Assembly (NCBI GenBank): GCA_938002015.1
Contig: CALLAU010000087.1
Location: 9,920 to 73,919 of the forward strand
Length of the DNA stretch: 64,000 nt
Direction: 5' to 3'
Source: an uncultured Bdellovibrionales bacterium
GTDB taxonomy: Bacteria; Bdellovibrionota; Bdellovibrionia; Bdellovibrionales; UBA1609
The notes under the pieces are model-generated. The model was not told the DNA's origin. It did no database searches and worked only from the letters and a program-made list of their open reading frames with translations. Positions 17,421 through 27,476 of this stretch are shown here, one piece after another. Positions within the stretch are counted from its first letter, which is position 1. Every line of letters begins with the position of its first letter. The translations under genes and the position numbers were made by a program.

Positions 17421-19052
17421 TTAATTTCTAGCTTCTTTAGCCTGCTCCATTCTTATTAAGACTCTTTCTGGAACCCCAGCCTCCCTCATGACATCAGAGG
17501 CATTATATATAGTAGATGCCCCCTCTAGTATGAGGTTTCCTTCAAGACTCACTTGAAGGTTAGATACACCAGCTAATTCATCAGCGTATCTTGCCATTTC
17601 TCTATCATGAGTTGCCAAAATAGAAATAACATTCGGGGTTTCATGAAGCTCAACAAAATTAGCTGATTCAGCATCTCGATGATCTTCTTGCGAAGTGCCA
17701 GTTAATATTTCATCAAGTGCTACAAAGGTATGTTTTCCATTTTCTATAAGTTGGTATATTTCGGCTAAACGAATGGATTGAGCCTTAAAAGTACTCTCAT
17801 TTTTTTTAGAAGAGTCTAGAACAGCAAAGTTCGTAGCAACCTGTAAGGGCGTTATACTCATAGACTTTACTGGAACTGGAAAACCTGACTGCGCTAATAA
17901 TATATTTATTGAAATCATCCTAAGAAACGTTGTTTTGCCGGCTGCGTTTGGACCGGTTAAAACTTTACTCTTTACACCCCGCGCTGATAATTCAACACTG
18001 TTTGAAACCGAATTCTCATCATCAGCAAAAAAATAGTAAGGATGATGGCCTTCTTCTATATTTATCATCGGCTCTGCACTGTCTATAACATCTGCTAAAG
18101 CCATGCTTGAACGCTTTTGTTCATTAAATTTTATTATTGTAATATAAGCTTCTAACTCTGCCCACGCCGATAAATATAAAGCTAAATTAGTTTTCCATTC
18201 TTGTAATTTTTTATAACCAAAATACCTAACCAGTACTCTTGATTGTAATACAACCTGAAGGACATCAACGGTTGGCTTAGGCGCTAAACGCTTTAAAGCA
18301 TTTGAGACTTCTTTTATACCAAAAGGGTCCTCTTTCTCATTTAAACTGCTTAATACTTTTTGAATTTTAATCAGCTCAGCTGACTGCACTTTACCAAGTA
18401 AATTACTTAAGCTCTTTCCCTTATCAATCACTCTTCTTGTTGAGTCATACTTAGGCCACCTTTTCATTGCTGAATAAGTCATTACCGCACCAAGTCCTAA
18501 GAACTGAGGGAGTGCAGAAAAGTCTCCAAATAAAAAGCCAGTTACTAAACCAAGTCCACAAAAACTCGTTGATATGGTTTGCATAATAAATCCATTACCA
18601 AGACCTTCATGATCAGTGCTTCCATTTAAGTTTCTTTCTAAATCAAGAAGACAGCTACTATCTGTTTCTTTCACTTCTTTCATCAAGTCATAAACTTGAG
18701 ACACCAGTTCCATATTATTTTCTAGCTCACTAATAGCCTCTAGCCTTCTTTTGATATCGTCAGGATTTAAATGGGGATGAGTGAGCAAGTGCTTGATTCT
18801 ATTTGCACCAATCGTGGTTGGAGCCATATCCATAAAAGGCTTTAACAACAGTTCCTCTAACTCTAAATTAGCAATTGTAGTTGTATCTAAACTACCAACC
18901 TCTAAAGAGCTATCATATACTTTTTCACCATTTAAGGCTCTGCTTAAAGTACTCTTACCACCTAAGGCAACACTACAAGACATAGCTAGTGAGTGGGTAT
19001 TAAAGCCCAATATAAACATTAAAAGATAACTTAAGTTTCTTAATAATTTCAT
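17421..19052 (-). CDS. MutS-family paralogue (core domain III + ATPase domain V) with hydrophobic insert; no mismatch-binding domain
   Basis: Walker A LTGPNAAGKTTFLRMISINILLAQSG; Walker B/signature FVALDEILTGTS; THD. Domain-III-like TTIGANRIKHLLTHPHLNPDDIKRRLEAI. Hydrophobic hairpin FCGLGLVTGFLFGDFSALPQFLGLGAVMTY lies between the two. Confidence 0.75.
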   Translation of the reverse strand: MKLLRNLSYLLMFILGFNTHSLAMSCSVALGGKSTLSRALNGEKVYDSSLEVGSLDTTTIANLELEELLLKPFMDMAPTTIGANRIKHLLTHPHLNPDDIKRRLEAISELENNMELVSQVYDLMKEVKETDSSCLLDLERNLNGSTDHEGLGNGFIMQTISTSFCGLGLVTGFLFGDFSALPQFLGLGAVMTYSAMKRWPKYDSTRRVIDKGKSLSNLLGKVQSAELIKIQKVLSSLNEKEDPFGIKEVSNALKRLAPKPTVDVLQVVLQSRVLVRYFGYKKLQEWKTNLALYLSAWAELEAYITIIKFNEQKRSSMALADVIDSAEPMINIEEGHHPYYFFADDENSVSNSVELSARGVKSKVLTGPNAAGKTTFLRMISINILLAQSGFPVPVKSMSITPLQVATNFAVLDSSKKNESTFKAQSIRLAEIYQLIENGKHTFVALDEILTGTSQEDHRDAESANFVELHETPNVISILATHDREMARYADELAGVSNLQVSLEGNLILEGASTIYNASDVMREAGVPERVLIRMEQAKEARN

Positions 19053-19129
19053 TATTTAGATAAGAGCAAGAAAGGTGCCCACCTAGGCTCTTTAAACGTG
19101 ATCTCAAAAAGAGTAAGAGACAATTTTTG

Positions 19130-19864
19130 TCACTTTAAATCATTAGCCTTAAAACTCTTAATATAAAGAAATATACTACCAGCAATCAAACCAAAGCTTA
19201 TAACAGTAGAAACACTTAAACCTAAAATCTCAGCCCCTCTTGGATCAGCTCTAAAAAACTCCATGATAATACGTCCAAAACCATGAAGTATGAGCCAGAT
19301 AAAAAAGATATTCTTTACTTTTTTCTTTTCTAAAAGAATAAGGCTTAAGAAAACTAAGAATTCAAAAATAAAGGCATAACCTTGCGCGGGGTGCCTATAT
19401 GCCCCATGAAGAAAAACAGAGTACCAAGCATCTGTTTTTACTCCGTAACAGCAACCTGCTAGAAGACAGCTTATTCTACCAAAAGCATAACTAAGAGAAA
19501 GGATAGGAGCTGAAAAGTTAGCCCACTTTAGCCAATCCTCATTTTTTTTCTTAAGAAGTAATACGCCACCTAAAAGACCACCAAGAAAGCCTCCATAAAA
19601 AACAAAGCCCCCTTTCCAGAAGTAAAAAATTTCTAACGGGTACTTTAAGTAAAAGTCTAGCTCTTGATAGAAAACATAAAAAAGTCTGGCTCCTAAAAAG
19701 GCTAAGCAAATAACAACAAGATAAAGATCTAGCGCTGTATTTACGTTAAGGTTTTTCTTTTTCGCTCTATAAATAATGAACGGAACTATGAGAGTAAACA
19801 GTAGGCTTAAATAGAGAAAATAAGTCTCTATACTTAGTCCTAAAAAGTTAATATGGGGATACAC
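19130..19864 (-). CDS. lgt: Prolipoprotein diacylglyceryl transferase
   Basis: WKGGFVFYGGFLGG, GRISCLLAGCCYG and YRHPAQGY blocks; polytopic membrane protein. Confidence 0.9.
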   Translation of the reverse strand: MYPHINFLGLSIETYFLYLSLLFTLIVPFIIYRAKKKNLNVNTALDLYLVVICLAFLGARLFYVFYQELDFYLKYPLEIFYFWKGGFVFYGGFLGGLLGGVLLLKKKNEDWLKWANFSAPILSLSYAFGRISCLLAGCCYGVKTDAWYSVFLHGAYRHPAQGYAFIFEFLVFLSLILLEKKKVKNIFFIWLILHGFGRIIMEFFRADPRGAEILGLSVSTVISFGLIAGSIFLYIKSFKANDLK

Positions 19865-19891
19865 TTTTTTAAAAAAAAGGCTTTTTTTCTT

Positions 19892-20398
19892 TTAAGCCTT
19901 CTTACCTTCTTTCTTATTTATATAGTCTTCATAAAAAGTAAGGCCTATAAGAACAAAAACACCAGTTACAATAGAGATATCAGCAACATTAAAGGCTGGG
20001 TAATGCCATCTGTGTTTAAAGTGAAAATCAAGAAAATCTATAACATAGCCAAAGCGAATACGGTCAAGGTAATTCCCAACAGCTCCAGCAAAGATTAAAG
20101 AAAGTGAGCAAATTTGTAAGTTATCCTCTTCTTTAGTTGAATATAAAATTCCTAATATGAGTATCATCGCAAGAGGTGTGATTGATAAAAAGAATGCTTT
20201 TCTAAAAACTTCATTTGCATTTCTTAAGAAACCAAATGCTGCCCCCATATTCCTTACATAGGTTAGGTCAAAAAAACCACTCATCACCTCTACAGATTCA
20301 CCAACAGAAAATTCTGTATGAACATAGATTTTTGTTAATTGATCTAAAAGTATGATCGCACCAGCTAGTGATAAAAGAATAACTATTTTTTTTAACAC
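19892..20398 (-). CDS. lspA: Lipoprotein signal peptidase (signal peptidase II)
   Basis: VRNMGAAFGF and FNVADISI catalytic Asp blocks; four hydrophobic segments; lies downstream of ileS as in many bacteria. Confidence 0.9.
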   Translation of the reverse strand: MLKKIVILLSLAGAIILLDQLTKIYVHTEFSVGESVEVMSGFFDLTYVRNMGAAFGFLRNANEVFRKAFFLSITPLAMILILGILYSTKEEDNLQICSLSLIFAGAVGNYLDRIRFGYVIDFLDFHFKHRWHYPAFNVADISIVTGVFVLIGLTFYEDYINKKEGKKA

Positions 20399-20448
20399 AA
20401 GAATTCTTCCCCGTTTCTATTTTTTTATAAGTTTAAGCTCTTTTTAAT

Positions 20449-23208
20449 TTAACTTAAACCATCTAAAACATTTGAGCATCTACCACAGACTTTATGACCA
20501 GATGAATGCTCCTTAAGCTCTTCAATATGCCAGCATCTTGGACATTTCTCTCCTTCTGCTAAACCTACTTTAAGTTTCTCACTTTCTGAGTCATAAGCAA
20601 CTTTAGAAACAATAAAAAACTCGGCTAAACTTTGTGCGTATTTATCATAGAGGTCTTTTGAAAGTTCTGATTTAGAAAGTACAACTTGAGCTTCAAGGCT
20701 GCCTTTAATGGTTTTAGCTGCCCTAAGCTCTTCAAGTTCTTTAGAAATAACAGATCTTACCTCAAAAAGCTTCTCATAATCTGAGGCAATCTGAGCATTC
20801 ATCCACTCAGACCTAAGCCCAGGAATACTTTCTAAAAAGACAGACCCTTTCTTTTCAATAGGCAAATAACCATGAATCTCTTCAGCTAAGAAAGATAAAA
20901 TAGGGGCCATGATTTTTGAAGTCGTATTTAGTATTTCAAAAATGACTGTTTGAGAAGACCTTCTTAAAAGTGATTTTTCACTTTCTACATAAAGCCTATC
21001 TTTTAAAATATCTAAGTATCTATTACTAAGATCAACTGTGAAAAATAAATTTAGGGCGTGATAGACTTTATAAAAATCATAATCTTCATAGGCCTTTGTT
21101 GTTTTATCAATAAGCTCATTAAGCTTTGATAAAGCCCACTGGTCTAAAACATCAAGATCTTTATACTCAACTGCGTCAGTTGCAGGGTTAAAGTTATTTA
21201 AATTTCCAAGCATAAATCTTGTTGTGTTTCTAACTCGTCTATAAGTTTCTGTAACTCTTTGAAAGATCTCTTCACTAATGTTTACATCTTGACCATAATC
21301 TTCATAAGCAACCCAAAGCCTTAAGATCTCAGCTCCAGATTGTTTGATCACTTTAAGTGGATCAATAACATTACCTAAAGACTTAGACATTTTTCTTCCT
21401 TTAGCATCATTTACAAAACCATGAGTCACTAAAGCTTTAAAAGGAGTCTCTTCATTGGAAGCTAGAGAAGAAATTAAGCTCGTTTGAAACCAGCCTCTAT
21501 GCTGATCACTACCTTCTAAATAAATATCAGCTGGAAAAGATAAGCCATCTCTTTTCTTTTGAACTGCTGCATGACAAACACCTGAGTCAAACCAAACATC
21601 TAAGATGTCTTCACCTTTTTGAAATTCAGTTGCTCCACAAGAAGAACACTCTTTAGGGCTAATATCAGATAAATCACCTTCAAAGTAAGCTTCTATCCCC
21701 GTCTTAGAGCTTTCCATTTTATCAGCAACCTTATCCATAAACTCTGGACTCGTATGTGTTTCACCACACTTCTTACAAGACAGCACAGGAATAGGAACAC
21801 CCCAAATTCTTTGACGACTTAAACACCAGTCAGGCCTGTTCTTTAACATTCCCTCAAGCCTTGCTTTACCCCAAGAAGGGAAAAACTCAATGCCATCTTC
21901 AGCTAAGTTAAGAGCTTTTTCTCTTACACTAAAATTTTCATCATCCACTTTTAAAAACCACTGCGGAGTTGCTCTATAGATCAGTGGAGTTTTTGATCTC
22001 CAGTTATGTGGATAAGAATGTGTAAATTTCTTATGAAAAATAAGGTGACCTGAATTTTTAAGCTTATCAACAATCTTATCGTTAGCTTTAAAGATGTGCT
22101 CACCTTCCATTTCTGGAAACTCATCTGTGTATAAACCACCAGGGCCTACTGGGCAGTAGACATCTAGACCGTATTTTAAACCGATTTGATAATCATCAAT
22201 TCCATGACCTGGAGCTGTATGAACTAAACCAGAAGCATCAAGTAAAACATGATCACCGTTTAAGAAGAGTGATTCTCTATCTATAAAAGGGTGTTTTGCT
22301 TTTAACTTATCAAGCTCACTTCCTTTAAATTCTTTAATGATTGATTTGATTTCAACACCAGTTTCTTTTGAGAAGTTTTCTTGTACTTCTTTAGCTAGAA
22401 TAAGATGACCAAGATTTGTATCAACAACAACGTAATCAAAATCTTTGTGTGCTGAGATTCCTAAGTTAGCTGGAAGTGTCCAAGGAGTTGTGGTCCAGAT
22501 CACTGCATAAGTCGTTTCACTTAAACCAAGATGAGACAACGCTTCTTTTGTCATTTCAAATTTTACATAAATTGAAGGGCTCTCTCTATCTTGATACTCA
22601 ACCTCTGCATCAGCTAGAGCTGTCTGGAGTGTTGGACACCAGAAAACGGGTTTCTTTCCTTTATAAAGAAGTCCTTTTTTATAAATCTTAGCAAGCTCTC
22701 TAACTTCTTCAGCCTCATATTCTGGCTGAAGGGTTTTATAAGGACTCTCCCAGTCAGCAAAGATACCAAGTCTTTTAAACTGCTCCATTTGAATATCGAC
22801 CCATTTATTCGCCTCAGCTCTACAAAGCTCTCGAATATCTTTTTTAGACTTTTCTTTTCTCTTTGGACCAAGTTCCTTTGAAACTTTATGCTCAATTGGA
22901 AGCCCATGACAGTCCCAACCTGGAATAAAAACTGATCTATACCCAGCCATATTCTTATATTTAATAACAATGTCTTTTAAAACTTTATTTAAAACATGTC
23001 CTAAATGAATATTACCATTTGCATAGGGAGGACCATCTGGCATTGAAAAATTTTTACCTGAGTCATCATTTTTTTTAACCATTTGCTCATAAATGTTTTG
23101 CTCTGTCCAAGATTCAAGCCTTTTAGGCTCTGTAGTTGGTAAACTTCCACGCATGGGAAAGTCGGTTTTTGGCAAATTAAGTGTGTCTTTTAATTTAATT
23201 GGTTCCAA
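20449..23208 (-). CDS. ileS: Isoleucyl-tRNA synthetase
   Basis: Class I motifs HLGH (NGNIHLGHVLNK) and KMSKS. C-terminal zinc knuckles CPRCWH...CGRC. Apparent TTG start at 23208 with AAGGAG SD 8 nt upstream. Confidence 0.97.
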   Translation of the reverse strand: MEPIKLKDTLNLPKTDFPMRGSLPTTEPKRLESWTEQNIYEQMVKKNDDSGKNFSMPDGPPYANGNIHLGHVLNKVLKDIVIKYKNMAGYRSVFIPGWDCHGLPIEHKVSKELGPKRKEKSKKDIRELCRAEANKWVDIQMEQFKRLGIFADWESPYKTLQPEYEAEEVRELAKIYKKGLLYKGKKPVFWCPTLQTALADAEVEYQDRESPSIYVKFEMTKEALSHLGLSETTYAVIWTTTPWTLPANLGISAHKDFDYVVVDTNLGHLILAKEVQENFSKETGVEIKSIIKEFKGSELDKLKAKHPFIDRESLFLNGDHVLLDASGLVHTAPGHGIDDYQIGLKYGLDVYCPVGPGGLYTDEFPEMEGEHIFKANDKIVDKLKNSGHLIFHKKFTHSYPHNWRSKTPLIYRATPQWFLKVDDENFSVREKALNLAEDGIEFFPSWGKARLEGMLKNRPDWCLSRQRIWGVPIPVLSCKKCGETHTSPEFMDKVADKMESSKTGIEAYFEGDLSDISPKECSSCGATEFQKGEDILDVWFDSGVCHAAVQKKRDGLSFPADIYLEGSDQHRGWFQTSLISSLASNEETPFKALVTHGFVNDAKGRKMSKSLGNVIDPLKVIKQSGAEILRLWVAYEDYGQDVNISEEIFQRVTETYRRVRNTTRFMLGNLNNFNPATDAVEYKDLDVLDQWALSKLNELIDKTTKAYEDYDFYKVYHALNLFFTVDLSNRYLDILKDRLYVESEKSLLRRSSQTVIFEILNTTSKIMAPILSFLAEEIHGYLPIEKKGSVFLESIPGLRSEWMNAQIASDYEKLFEVRSVISKELEELRAAKTIKGSLEAQVVLSKSELSKDLYDKYAQSLAEFFIVSKVAYDSESEKLKVGLAEGEKCPRCWHIEELKEHSSGHKVCGRCSNVLDGLS

Positions 23209-23305
23209 TCTTAGAACTCCTTCTTAGAACAAAAATAGATATATGAAATTCTTATCAATTAGAGTCAGAGTCAACTCTTAGAAGAGTCTTGATACTAAGA
23301 TAAGA

Positions 23306-23995
23306 CTAAGGCTTTAAAAGGCTTTTAAACCTTTGTGCTCCAAATGAAATCAGAGCTCTTAAAGCTTCTTCATCACTTGTTAAATTAAGAAGCTCTTTTA
23401 CCTCTTTAACCATCTTTAAAGACCTAGTATCAAGCTTTACAGCCTGACTAGAAGCATCTAATGGCTTTGAGAGTGCACCTGATTGGCTCACTGTAAGCTG
23501 GTTAGACATTGTAGGGAGAGCGAGCTGTTGTTGTTGAATGGTTTGCTGCTGCTGCACTTGAGTTTTCCTTAGGCCAGGTTGTTGGTTGTTCGTCACTGCT
23601 GAGTTTAAATTTGAGGACTGGCTAGATTGAAAAGAGCCTGGTCTTTTAGGCTTTGAAGCCACTTGAGAAGCCGAAGTCGTCATAAATCTAGGTTGATGAG
23701 AGGAGTTTTGAGATTTGCTATCTTCAGGATAACTCTCAAAGCTACTTAAATCCTCAGCTAAGCCTCTAAGCTCAGATGAAAAAGACTCTTTTGAGGCTTT
23801 TGAGAAAGCCTCTCCTCTATCATCTACTGCTTGAGTTGTTGCTTCCCCTCTATGAACTCTTAAGTAATAGCCAACGAGATCATCAGAATCTTGTATCTGA
23901 CTTCTAAAGCTTTCGGGTTGTTCAGACCACCACTCGAAAGCTTCTTGTAAAATCTGTTTTGTGTAGGCTTGCGGAGCCATCTTACCAAAGGCCAT
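23306..23995 (-). CDS. Hypothetical protein with S/Q-rich low-complexity centre
   Basis: Structured-looking N-terminus (about 60 aa) and C-terminus (about 45 aa) flank a Ser/Gln-rich segment including QVQQQQTIQQQQ. Confidence 0.45.
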   Translation of the reverse strand: MAFGKMAPQAYTKQILQEAFEWWSEQPESFRSQIQDSDDLVGYYLRVHRGEATTQAVDDRGEAFSKASKESFSSELRGLAEDLSSFESYPEDSKSQNSSHQPRFMTTSASQVASKPKRPGSFQSSQSSNLNSAVTNNQQPGLRKTQVQQQQTIQQQQLALPTMSNQLTVSQSGALSKPLDASSQAVKLDTRSLKMVKEVKELLNLTSDEEALRALISFGAQRFKSLLKP

Positions 23996-24182
23996 AGGAG
24001 ATGAAGACTATTATAGTTTTCCACATTTTCTCAACCAAAATCTAACAATTTAAGTCAATTTTGTGCACAGGCTCTACAGACAGCAGTCTGAGCAATGTTT
24101 ATACGCTCTTTCAGCAAATATTGACATCAACCATGTGCCATTAATGTTAGCAATGTATAAGGCTAGTCTTACCTGATTAACC

Positions 24183-25121
24183 CTACCATCCAATAATTAT
24201 CGAAGCCTCAAAATCAAACCAGTTTCCCTTAGGCTGTTCGTCAATTAAAACATAAGGATGACTATTGACTTGCATATTCTCATGGAAAAACCCGAACTCT
24301 CCTGGTACATCTTTAAATAAATCAACAGCTCTACACACCTCCCTAGGAGGTTCATCTAAGTAATTAAAAGCTTCCTTCCAGTCTATCCATACCCACCTTG
24401 GATCATAGAACTGTTCAGACTCAATAATAGAGGAAAGTACAAAGTTAATTCTAAATACTTTTAACTCAACACCCTGCCTAGTAAACTTACGTTGAGCCAA
24501 AGGTTTGTGTCCATCAAATATTGAAGTAATATGAGGTGCCCCATTGATTGAAATCGCCTTATCACAAGAGCCTTCATCTATTCTTTTTTGAATATTTTCT
24601 AGCATATAAGAATCTCGACAATTATTAATATTAGCGTACCCTCCAGACCAACACATATCATCCGGAGCATCTACAGCATAAACTTTTAAACCATGCTTAA
24701 ATGCTTCATTCTGAATGTTTATCCACGCATGACTAACCCCACTACATACACTTTCATAGTTAGACTCCACAAGACTCATATCCAAGCTTTCACTATCCTG
24801 ATTACAAGCTTCTAATTTTTGCCCCCAAAAAACAGCGTCGCTCTCAATAAATAAACAGTTAAAGTCTGAATCATTTGAAACGACTTGGCTTAAATAGTTA
24901 CGGTAAGCATTGGTAAACTCTTCTTCGAAATGAGATTCTCCAATGAATATCAAATCATGAAGGCTAGCTTCCTTCAAAATATCAGCAACAGGCAATCGAG
25001 ATTCTACAGCTTTTTGTTTAAAATCTACATGAGACTTACACAACCTTTCAAGGTTGTTGGCAAAAACACTTGGGCTGAATGTAATGCTAAAAAGAATAAC
25101 TTTTATTATCAACTGATCCAT
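24183..25121 (-). CDS. Hypothetical secreted protein (weak ChaN/Tiki-superfamily resemblance)
   Basis: Signal-like N-terminus. LIFIGESHFEEEF and a later INGAPHI are reminiscent of the paired GxxH motifs of ChaN/Tiki proteins. Not verified. Confidence 0.4.
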   Translation of the reverse strand: MDQLIIKVILFSITFSPSVFANNLERLCKSHVDFKQKAVESRLPVADILKEASLHDLIFIGESHFEEEFTNAYRNYLSQVVSNDSDFNCLFIESDAVFWGQKLEACNQDSESLDMSLVESNYESVCSGVSHAWINIQNEAFKHGLKVYAVDAPDDMCWSGGYANINNCRDSYMLENIQKRIDEGSCDKAISINGAPHITSIFDGHKPLAQRKFTRQGVELKVFRINFVLSSIIESEQFYDPRWVWIDWKEAFNYLDEPPREVCRAVDLFKDVPGEFGFFHENMQVNSHPYVLIDEQPKGNWFDFEASIIIGW

Positions 25122-25296
25122 ATGCTATACATAGCAATTTTCATACTTAATGAATTCCCAATACAAAGAGAAAACACTGCCTAAGTGACAAAAAAACGCC
25201 CTCTCTCCTAAGAAATGTCACCGAGAAATCGAAATACCCTTTAATTAAAATTTATATAAAGACTATATAGGCACCAAAAGTGCATACTATTAATCT

Positions 25297-26181
25297 GTGA
25301 AAACTCTTCTTTTATTTCTTTTAATAACAGTAGCCTGGGCCACCTCCGAAGCAATACCAAACGGTTTAGCTCTTCTAGTATCTGATAACCTAAATAACGC
25401 AAGTTCTGGCTATGCTCATGGTGTGATCGTTGATGGAAAGCTTTTAACAGCAGCTCATGTTTTTTTAAATAATAAAATCACTCACATATATGTGGTTCAA
25501 GATAATAAACTCATTGCTATCTCTCTTAAAAATAAGGTTAAGGTTCATCCTAAATTCTTATCATCAACAAAAAGATTAAACGGCCTAAACCCTTCTTTAA
25601 AAACTAAAGAAGAGCTAAACTTACTAACACTGCTCTCAGGTCTTCCTTATGACATAGCTTTTGTTGAAGTTGACCCTGAATTAAAATCAGACTTTATCCT
25701 CCCACCAAGTGAAACTTTTAGCGATTACTCTACTTTTGCAAAACAAAAAAAAGCCATTGAAGAGACTGAAGCCATTTTAAGGTTTAAAGCATCTCATTTT
25801 ACTGATGAAAAACCCTTAGGTAACAGAACACTTAGCGATGAGCATGTAGTCGAAGTACTCACAAACTCTTTAGGAGTGCTTGCCGTTAATATGTATTTTA
25901 ATCAAAGCTCACAAAGCATGAGTATGGAACCTAGTATGAATGCAAATGCTTTTATCTATCCACAAAGTATATTAAAACAAGGACACAGTGGTTCACCACT
26001 TGCTGTAAAAACTCCAGAAGGGAAGCACCTCATTATTGGCATTAGCTCAGCAATCACTGCATTTAACTTACCAGGTGGCAGTCAGTCTCAAGTCTTTTTT
26101 GCAGGTCAAATGGAAGCCACTAATTTTATTAAAGCAAATGTAGAGTCAAAGCCTAGAACTTGTAAGAATACATTAAAATAA
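25297..26181 (+). CDS. Secreted trypsin-like (S1) serine peptidase
   Basis: Signal peptide; His block LLTAAHVF; Asp block YDIAFVEV; Ser block KQGHSGSPL (GDSGGP-type). GTG start at 25297. Confidence 0.6.
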   Translation: MKTLLLFLLITVAWATSEAIPNGLALLVSDNLNNASSGYAHGVIVDGKLLTAAHVFLNNKITHIYVVQDNKLIAISLKNKVKVHPKFLSSTKRLNGLNPSLKTKEELNLLTLLSGLPYDIAFVEVDPELKSDFILPPSETFSDYSTFAKQKKAIEETEAILRFKASHFTDEKPLGNRTLSDEHVVEVLTNSLGVLAVNMYFNQSSQSMSMEPSMNANAFIYPQSILKQGHSGSPLAVKTPEGKHLIIGISSAITAFNLPGGSQSQVFFAGQMEATNFIKANVESKPRTCKNTLK

Positions 26182-26366
26182 AAAGCCTTGCTTTTCATGC
26201 TTAAACCTTAAGCCCCACAATTAAAAACCTGCACCGCATCCCTACATAGCCCTACTGACAGACGTTCTACGGCATTTTAATATTTTTTTCTTGTTAGCCA
26301 CCGTGACTTTATGGCTTTGAGCTACTAGCAAATTAATAACAAAACCAATGACGGGGGAGAAACAAA

Positions 26367-26903
26367 ATGAAATTATCATTTTTAACAACACTAATATTTT
26401 CAAGTTTTTTAAGCTTTTCAGCTTCTGCACTAGAAGTTATTAAGCAAAACTCAAGCACTGTTGATACAACAGACATACTGGCTGTTGCTTATGAAATGGA
26501 TGGCCTAGGTTTCCTTCCACATGAGCTTGCCTCTACTTACTCAATATCAGACGTAAGTGAAATACAACTAAGTTTTTCAAATGACTTAAAAGCACTTTTA
26601 AATAAAATGGAAGAAGACTCACTTACTCAGTGGAAGAGTTTTGTTACAGGAAGTGGTGAGTTTGATCATTTAGAGACTGACCAGGTAAATCACATCATGA
26701 ACAACCCTCGTGAGTATATGAATGTTATTTATCTAAATGAAATTGAAATCATTCAAGCAGTATATAAAGGAAATGAGATAGTTGGTTACATCTTTGATCT
26801 AACAGACTACGTAAGACAAAGCATAATTCAAGATGGAGCTGGTAAGCTTATCTTTACTGACAAGAACCTTATTCCTGTTGCTATTGGCAGCTGGGATTCT
26901 TAA
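26367..26903 (+). CDS. Hypothetical secreted protein
   Basis: Signal peptide MKLSFLTTLIFSSFLSFSASA; GGGGGAG RBS upstream. Confidence 0.5.
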   Translation: MKLSFLTTLIFSSFLSFSASALEVIKQNSSTVDTTDILAVAYEMDGLGFLPHELASTYSISDVSEIQLSFSNDLKALLNKMEEDSLTQWKSFVTGSGEFDHLETDQVNHIMNNPREYMNVIYLNEIEIIQAVYKGNEIVGYIFDLTDYVRQSIIQDGAGKLIFTDKNLIPVAIGSWDS

Positions 26904-26942
26904 GTAAAACGCTTTATTAGCTTTATTTTACTTAAAATCTAC

Positions 26943-26979
26943 AAAAAAAGACCTGTTACGGAATGCAATAGGTCTTTTT
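26943..26979. terminator. Bidirectional rho-independent terminator between convergent genes
   Basis: A7-AGACCT (26949..26954) ... AGGTCT-T5 (26970..26979) stem flanked by an A-run and a T-run. Confidence 0.6.
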
Positions 26980-27107
26980 CATTAATTTTAAAATTAGCAG
27001 ATAAAATAAATTTAACTTGAATTTAATTGTTATAGCTTTATGGGCGAACGAAAAAGACTGTTTTAATTCCAAAAAGTCTCTTAAGTATAAAAAATAGGTT
27101 TTAAAAC

Positions 27108-27476
27108 CTATCTACAAGATAAACTCGAATTTATAGTTGAAGACTGCAGATATAAGTAGTCAGCACCGTCACTAGTTTGGGTATATTTTATTTCTAGATC
27201 TTCTAAATCTTCAGATAAAAACAAAAAGTTTACTTCTTCATAAGAAGAGTTATCATATTCCTCTCTGTCTCTATATCCTAAAAATTCCATTTCCCCTTTA
27301 AAGACTTCAGGCTTTTTACCCCATAACCTTACCTCTATTGTATAAAAGCCCCCACCTGTGCTTTTAACTGATGCCCTACTCCAGTTTCCAGAAAAAGACT
27401 CACACTCCATTACATTATCAGCTAGAGCAATTACTGGAAAAAAAACGGCGATACAAACATATTTTAAATATTTCAT
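27108..27476 (-). CDS. Hypothetical secreted protein
   Basis: Signal peptide MKYLKYVCIAVFFPVIALADN; AGGAGG RBS upstream. Confidence 0.5.
   Translation of the reverse strand: MKYLKYVCIAVFFPVIALADNVMECESFSGNWSRASVKSTGGGFYTIEVRLWGKKPEVFKGEMEFLGYRDREEYDNSSYEEVNFLFLSEDLEDLEIKYTQTSDGADYLYLQSSTINSSLSCR

Noticed and set aside
22476-22970. 118-aa and 71-aa ORFs within ileS
   Set aside because: They lie inside a gene with unambiguous IleRS motifs across its full length, have no RBS and resemble no family.
26242-26430. 62-aa minus-strand ORF partly in the 26182..26366 spacer
   Set aside because: It overlaps the signal-peptide-encoding 5' end of the 26367 gene. It is highly basic and hydrophobic, consistent with an AT-rich artefact, and has no RBS.
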